Shown in pieces: positions 5,783 to 8,853 of a DNA stretch of 8,853 nucleotides; position 1 is the stretch's first letter, and every line of letters starts with the position of its first letter. The DNA is from Candidatus Pacearchaeota archaeon. Lineage in GTDB: Archaea; Nanobdellota; Nanobdellia; Pacearchaeales; GW2011-AR1. The stretch covers positions 1 to 8,853 of the forward strand of contig JAGVXI010000014.1 in NCBI GenBank assembly GCA_018303855.1. Direction: 5' to 3'. The translations under genes and the position numbers were made by a program. Under the pieces are notes generated by a model that saw only the letters and a program-made list of their open reading frames with translations, did not search any database and was not told the origin of the DNA.

Positions 5783-6208
5783 ATGTTACAAAAAGATAAC
5801 AGGCATAAAATACTAAGGATTTTTTTGAATGACCCCTCTCCTGAGGGAATTGGGTTTCAGCTTAGAGAGATAAGCAGAAAGGTAGCAGTAGCTCCACCAT
5901 CTGTCAAAAAGTATCTTAATGAATTGGAAAAAGAGAGATTAGTAATAAAGATTAAACATAGAATTCATGGTTATCCTGTTTATTACGCAAATAGAGATGA
6001 TAAAGAGTTTAAGTTTCTTAAAAGAATGGATATTGTCATTAGAATAAAAGAATCTGGATTAATAGATTACCTCTCAGAAAATTGTATGCCTGACGTTATT
6101 ATATTATTTGGTTCTGCGTCTAAAGGAGAAGATTTAAAAGAGAGCGATATAGACTTATTTGTTTTATCTGACAAAGAAAAAATAGATTTAACATTAGAAA
6201 TAACATAA
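5783..6208 (+). CDS. wHTH plus minimal nucleotidyltransferase (MNT) protein; the reading frame is interrupted near the 3' end
   Basis: The N-terminal wHTH-like segment reads FQLREISRKVAVAPPSVKKYLNELEKERLVI. The NTase motif GSASKGEDLKESDID lies at nt 6110-6154. The frame ends in a double stop at 6206-6211. Another frame (6172-6249) encodes ...NNIINGVILKGYLKVF* and ends 1 nt before the HEPN ATG. Confidence 0.75.
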   Translation: MLQKDNRHKILRIFLNDPSPEGIGFQLREISRKVAVAPPSVKKYLNELEKERLVIKIKHRIHGYPVYYANRDDKEFKFLKRMDIVIRIKESGLIDYLSENCMPDVIILFGSASKGEDLKESDIDLFVLSDKEKIDLTLEIT

Positions 6209-6250
6209 TAAACGGAGTGATACTAAAGGGATATTTAAAGGTTTTTTGAT

Positions 6251-6661
6251 ATGGAAGAATTAATAAGAGTAACACCAGACAAAGAGAAAGCACGTTCAAT
6301 TCTCAAAATGGTAGAGGCTACTCTAGAAATGATAAGATTCATAGATAAAATTAAATTTCCTTCAAATGTAGCAAAGGAGTATTACGAAATTATCAGAGAA
6401 TTAATAAGCATAATTTTATTGCTTGATGGTCATAAAGCGATTGGTGAAAAAGCACATAAGAGACAAATAGAATATTTAGAAGCAAACTATAAAGAGTTTG
6501 GCCAGGCAGAAATTACCTTAATAGATGACTTAAGAATAACACGAAATAAGATAGCTTATGAAGGATTTTTTGTTAAAGAAAGTTATATTGATAGAAAGTT
6601 GACAGATATTCTTAAGGTTATTGAGAAGTTAAAGAGACTTATTGATAAAAAACTTGTTTAA
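6251..6661 (+). CDS. HEPN domain protein (partner of the MNT)
   Basis: The 136-aa product is predicted to be all-helical and is adjacent to an NTase gene. The motif region LRITRNKIAYEG lies at nt 6533-6559. This corresponds to the HEPN R-x4-6-H region, but Tyr occupies the position where His is expected. Confidence 0.72.
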   Translation: MEELIRVTPDKEKARSILKMVEATLEMIRFIDKIKFPSNVAKEYYEIIRELISIILLLDGHKAIGEKAHKRQIEYLEANYKEFGQAEITLIDDLRITRNKIAYEGFFVKESYIDRKLTDILKVIEKLKRLIDKKLV

Positions 6662-6670
6662 ATTTCACCA

Positions 6671-6706
6671 TTTATTTTTTAGTGCAATGTGACTGAAGGG
6701 AAAAAA
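6671..6706 (+). repeat. 36-nt direct repeat, copy 2 (TTTATTTTTTAGTGCAATGTGACTGAAGGGAAAAAA)
   Basis: See copy 1. It begins 10 nt after the HEPN stop. Its first 10 nt also form the oligo-T terminator-like tract. Confidence 0.9.
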
Positions 6707-6755
6707 AGCCCTTTAATCGCTGTTAATCTCTCCCGAATACTTGCAGGGACTAAAA

Positions 6756-6784
6756 TTTAGTGCAACGATGCCGAAGGCAAAAAA
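6756..6784 (+). repeat. Degenerate third copy of the repeat core (TTTAGTGCAACGATGCCGAAGGCAAAAAA)
   Basis: By hand alignment it matches the core of copy 2 (from TTTAGTG) at about 23/30 positions. It contains a local GCC-GAA-GGC hairpin and is preceded by ACTAAA, which is complementary to its TTTAGT. Confidence 0.6.
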
Positions 6785-6790
6785 TCAGAG

Positions 6791-6803
6791 TAAGCGGGCG
6801 AGC
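6791..6803. repeat. Left arm of a perfect 13-bp GC-rich inverted repeat (TAAGCGGGCGAGC)
   Basis: It is the exact reverse complement of 7457-7469. 10 of the 13 positions are G/C, in an otherwise AT-rich window. Confidence 0.9.
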
Positions 6804-6864
6804 GTTTTAAAGAATTAAGGCAGGCGCCAGAATATATTTATATCTTATAAGTAGTAACAGAATA

Positions 6865-6878
6865 GAAACATTTATAAA
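6865..6878 (+). promoter_or_regulatory. BRE/TATA-like promoter of the 6901 gene
   Basis: The sequence is GAAACATTTATAAA. The TATA centre is about 26 nt upstream of the ATG at 6901. Confidence 0.5.
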
Positions 6879-6900
6879 GAACAAGATTTAACTAATTATT

Positions 6901-7437
6901 ATGGAACAGGATTTTAATTCAAGTGAAGCTGGAGAATTGTCAGGTTTGGAGAGAGAACTTTATACAGGGGTACCTCCATCAGATAAAAGAAATTTTGTAA
7001 ATAAAGCAACAGACTGGTATTTTATGCCCAAATCATTTGAGAAAAATGGGCGATTATATGGAGCATTAGGTGTAAGACATTTTAAAAAATTATGTGCTGA
7101 AACTTATAGAAAATTAGTGAAAAAATTGTTTGGAACAGAAAGAGCCCATTTCGTAAATAACTATCTTATTTGGGATTTCTCAGAAGATGGATTAAGAAAA
7201 TTTGATTATGCAACTAGAATAAATGAAGGAATACATCTTCTGGCAGCAGCTTTATTTACAAGTCAAACCGTTGATTACTTATCTGATGGTAGATATGGTA
7301 TGGCTGCACTTGGATCAGGATTAAATCTTGCTCTTGGAGTATATCCTATTTTAACACAAAGATACAATCGTGCAAGAATTTACAATACAGTAGAAAAAAT
7401 GCAAGAAAGAAATCAAGACGCTTGCCTTTCAAAATAA
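6901..7437 (+). CDS. Membrane protein resembling the glycosyl-4,4'-diaponeurosporenoate acyltransferase (CrtO-like) family
   Basis: This assignment rests on recalled family hallmarks. FEKNGRLYGALGVRHFKK compares with S. aureus CrtO FEKHGKFW...VRKWK. ATRINEGIHL compares with ETKRAELIHW. YPILTQRYNRARI compares with VPIIIVQRYNRPRL. It is made from memory of motifs, not from a search. Confidence 0.55.
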   Translation: MEQDFNSSEAGELSGLERELYTGVPPSDKRNFVNKATDWYFMPKSFEKNGRLYGALGVRHFKKLCAETYRKLVKKLFGTERAHFVNNYLIWDFSEDGLRKFDYATRINEGIHLLAAALFTSQTVDYLSDGRYGMAALGSGLNLALGVYPILTQRYNRARIYNTVEKMQERNQDACLSK

Positions 7438-7453
7438 TTCTACAATTTATTAT

Positions 7454-7670
7454 TTAGCTCGCCCGCTTATTGAAACTAACGTATGCGATTAAGAGAAGTG
7501 GCAATCCCTCCAAAAATTTATCCTCTGGAATGAAATGACGAGCTGAGAAATTTTTGAGAGCTGGATTGACATTTGGGCTAATCGACCTCGTGAGTTTTAA
7601 TTTTTCTTTCAGGGTGGGGGAGGAGGTGGAAGCAACGACCATTTTATTAGAGAGATTGCCCGCCAGCTTT
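7454..7670. other. GC-enriched unassigned block (candidate structured RNA or decayed gene)
   Basis: This block is visibly richer in G/C than its surroundings. It contains the G-tract AGGGTGGGGGAGGAGGTGG (7611-7629). Longish open frames occur on both strands, but no convincing start or promoter geometry is present. Confidence 0.3.
7457..7469. repeat. Right arm of the perfect 13-bp GC-rich inverted repeat (GCTCGCCCGCTTA)
   Basis: It is the exact reverse complement of 6791-6803 and lies 20 nt after the stop of the 6901..7437 gene. Confidence 0.9.
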
Positions 7671-7673
7671 TTG

Positions 7674-7697
7674 CTTCTTTTTTGAAAAAAAAAGAAG
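7674..7697 (-). terminator. Hairpin containing a T9 run (minus strand), distal terminator of the 7746..8579 gene
   Basis: CTTCTTTTTT (7674-7683) pairs with AAAAAAGAAG (7688-7697). The minus strand reads CTTCTTTTTTTTTC. Confidence 0.5.
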
Positions 7698-7717
7698 ACG
7701 GGGGAGTTCCTATTTTG

Positions 7718-7736
7718 CTTCTTTTTCTAAAAGAAG
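7718..7736 (-). terminator. Proximal hairpin 10 nt after the stop of the 7746..8579 gene
   Basis: CTTCTTTT (7718-7725) pairs with AAAAGAAG (7729-7736) around the loop TCT. It shares the TTGCTTCTTTTT unit with the distal hairpin, about 44 nt away. Confidence 0.45.
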
Positions 7737-7745
7737 GTTTTAGAA

Positions 7746-8579
7746 TTAGATTACATTGACTTTTATTTTTGAATCTTTTTTGAATCCAAATTTATCTACA
7801 TAAACTCCATCAAGATATCCATTAATTTCGTGATATCCTACTTCCACATCATTTGAAGAACTAACTTCAAAGATATACTCAAAGGATTCTCCAGATTCTA
7901 ACCATAAATTGTTTTTTGTATTTTGTTGTCTAACATAAAAATTATTTGCATTATCAAAATTTAATATTGATGGAGCAGTATCTTCCCCGATGTTAGTAAT
8001 TCTCAATACAACATTACCACCTTTACCTTTTTGTAAATTTAAGGTATCTGGAGACTGGGTTATCTCTAAATTAAAACTAATAGCCCTAAGATTTTTTGAT
8101 ATACAAGAAAGCTTATCTATGTATTGATTATATGTTGCTTTATCATAAATAGGATAATCTTTTTTTGAAAGGCAAATTTTTATGTCTGTTGATTTGTATA
8201 AAGAATCTCCTGGAAAACTAAAAACAACATTATTTTCACCTTTTTTGAGTTTATTTTCAAATCCATATCCACTAGGTTCTCTCAAAAAAAGTTTTTCTCC
8301 TTCTTCATTAAAAAGATAAATATACAACCCTTCTATATTTCCAACATCAATATTAAATTGGGAAGTAAAAACAATCTTTCCTGGCCAAAGCCCAGAACTA
8401 TCAACATAGTATAAGGGTCCATCGTTTTCATGTTCAACATATTTAAAGTCAGTAATACTTATAGTATTTGTATTTATTTTTGAAATGCCGGAATTGTTCA
8501 TAAAGAAAATAACAATGATGATGACAGCAACAACCGCAATTCCAATCCAAAGATAATTGTTTTTATTTTTGTCTGCCAT
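7746..8579 (-). CDS. N-terminally membrane-anchored extracellular protein with a beta-sandwich (CARDB-like) C-terminal region
   Basis: The TM anchor reads YLWIGIAVVAVIIIVIFFM. The C-terminal pattern GGNVVLRITNIGEDTAPS...LESGESFEYIFEVSS resembles CARDB/adhesin-type domains. A TATA-like TTTATATAT (plus-strand 8601-8610) is centred about 26 nt upstream of the ATG at 8579. Confidence 0.65.
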   Translation of the reverse strand: MADKNKNNYLWIGIAVVAVIIIVIFFMNNSGISKINTNTISITDFKYVEHENDGPLYYVDSSGLWPGKIVFTSQFNIDVGNIEGLYIYLFNEEGEKLFLREPSGYGFENKLKKGENNVVFSFPGDSLYKSTDIKICLSKKDYPIYDKATYNQYIDKLSCISKNLRAISFNLEITQSPDTLNLQKGKGGNVVLRITNIGEDTAPSILNFDNANNFYVRQQNTKNNLWLESGESFEYIFEVSSSNDVEVGYHEINGYLDGVYVDKFGFKKDSKIKVNVI

Positions 8580-8612
8580 CTTAAATAAATAGATAAAAGC
8601 ATATATAAAAAG

Positions 8613-8635
8613 CTTTACTTTTTGTGAAAGTAAAG
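8613..8635. promoter_or_regulatory. 9-bp inverted repeat CTTTACTTT-ttgtg-AAAGTAAAG between two divergent TATA boxes
   Basis: The repeat was read directly. It lies between the TATA-like boxes at 8601-8610 (minus-strand gene) and 8636-8643 (plus-strand gene). Confidence 0.4.
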
Positions 8636-8664
8636 TTTAAAAGAACTAAACTCATATAAAATTT

Positions 8665-8853
8665 ATGAGAAAATCAAATATATTCATAATAAGTTTATTG
8701 TTTTTGATGTTAATTCTGCCAATAACTTCGGCGGCGGAATTTGATTTTGATACTGAATGTTATCAAGGATGTATCAAGGGAATTGCAAATCCTGATAATA
8801 ATGTTATGTTAAAAGTTACCATAAAAAATAATTTTGATTTTTGGGTTAAAGTG
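8665..8853 (+). CDS. Secreted protein, N-terminal 63 codons only (runs off the right edge)
   Basis: The ATG at 8665 is open to the window end. It reads MRKSNIFIISLLFLMLILPITSAAEFDFDTECYQGC..., a signal-peptide-like h-region with a TSA-AE cleavage-type motif. A TATA-like TTTAAAAG is centred about 25 nt upstream. Confidence 0.6.
   Translation, partial: MRKSNIFIISLLFLMLILPITSAAEFDFDTECYQGCIKGIANPDNNVMLKVTIKNNFDFWVKV

Noticed and set aside
6671-6784. Mini-CRISPR array interpretation of repeat copies 2 and 3 (with copy 1 as a solo repeat)
   Set aside because: Only two adjacent copies exist. The second is about 23/30 identical, and the intervening spacer would be about 49 nt. The first 10 nt of the repeat are a plain oligo-T terminator tract. 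The third copy is 1 kb away with genes in between, and no cas genes are present. This is not convincing as CRISPR, although it is not formally excluded.
7481-7489. GTATGCGAT resembles the 5' arm of group II intron domain V
   Set aside because: There is no complementary 3' arm (ATCGC..ATAC) nearby to form the domain V hairpin. No AGC triad context and no reverse-transcriptase ORF are present.
6713-7492. Additional long-range complementarity across the CrtO-like gene (TTAATCGC 6713-6720 with GCGATTAA 7485-7492; TTGCAGGGA 6741-6749 with TCCCTCCAA 7505-7513)
   Set aside because: 8-9-mers of this kind are expected by chance between two regions of about 250 nt. The second pair is not nested with the 13-bp repeat. 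I therefore treat only the 13-bp repeat as real.
7621-7629. The minus strand reads CCACCTCCT, resembling the 16S rRNA 3' anti-Shine-Dalgarno end
   Set aside because: The flanks do not match the conserved GGATCACCTCCT context or any upstream 16S helix. It is simply part of a G-tract.
7454-7642. 62-aa minus-strand ORF from the track
   Set aside because: It lies in the GC-enriched block, where stop codons are rare on both strands. The only TATA-like sequence abuts its ATG, which is too close for a promoter. There is no recognisable motif. It is kept only as part of the unassigned-block finding.
7454-7745. SRP RNA or RNase P RNA hidden in the GC-rich block
   Set aside because: I found no GAGGAAAGUCC-type CR-I, no SRP helix-8 GGAA/AGCA loop context beyond a fortuitous GGAAGCA, and no long terminal helix.
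1-8853. tRNA genes as integration targets
   Set aside because: I scanned the GC-richer intergenic stretches for T-loop (GTTCRANYC) and acceptor-stem patterns on both strands and found none.

Overview
This is an AT-rich window with archaeal-style gene organisation. A BRE/TATA-like box (consensus about gAAACATTTAtAAA or TTTATAWA) is centred 24-28 nt upstream of most start codons, which implies leaderless mRNAs. Oligo-T tracts follow genes. No tRNA, rRNA or convincing CRISPR array is present. I cannot assign a lineage; the composition and protein types would fit a DPANN-like or methanogen-like archaeon.

The content looks like an accessory mosaic of small self-contained modules interleaved with predicted surface proteins:
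- an RHH / MoxR-like AAA+ ATPase / unknown-gene operon (minus strand, left edge);
- a solitary Fic (AMPylase-type) gene with both the catalytic and the autoinhibitory motif;
- a bitopic membrane protein with a cytoplasmic winged-helix domain;
- a hicB-hicA toxin-antitoxin pair;
- an Asn-rich, sequon-rich secreted protein;
- a wHTH-nucleotidyltransferase (MNT) plus HEPN pair, in which the MNT reading frame is broken at an A6 run;
- a CrtO-like (glycosyl-diaponeurosporenoate acyltransferase family) membrane protein;
- two further N-terminally anchored or secreted proteins.

The most unusual signals are structural rather than protein-level:
- The Fic gene lies between two copies (about 79% identity, about 130-145 bp) of the promoter plus first about 34 codons of the neighbouring membrane-regulator gene.
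- The MNT-HEPN pair is bracketed by a 36-nt direct repeat (35/36 identical), with a third degenerate copy 85 nt further on.
- The CrtO-like gene is bracketed by a perfect 13-bp GC-rich inverted repeat and by GC-enriched non-coding blocks, including a G-tract region that I cannot assign.

Together these suggest a cassette-like, recombination-built array of toxin/defence-type genes. No recombinase is visible in the window.
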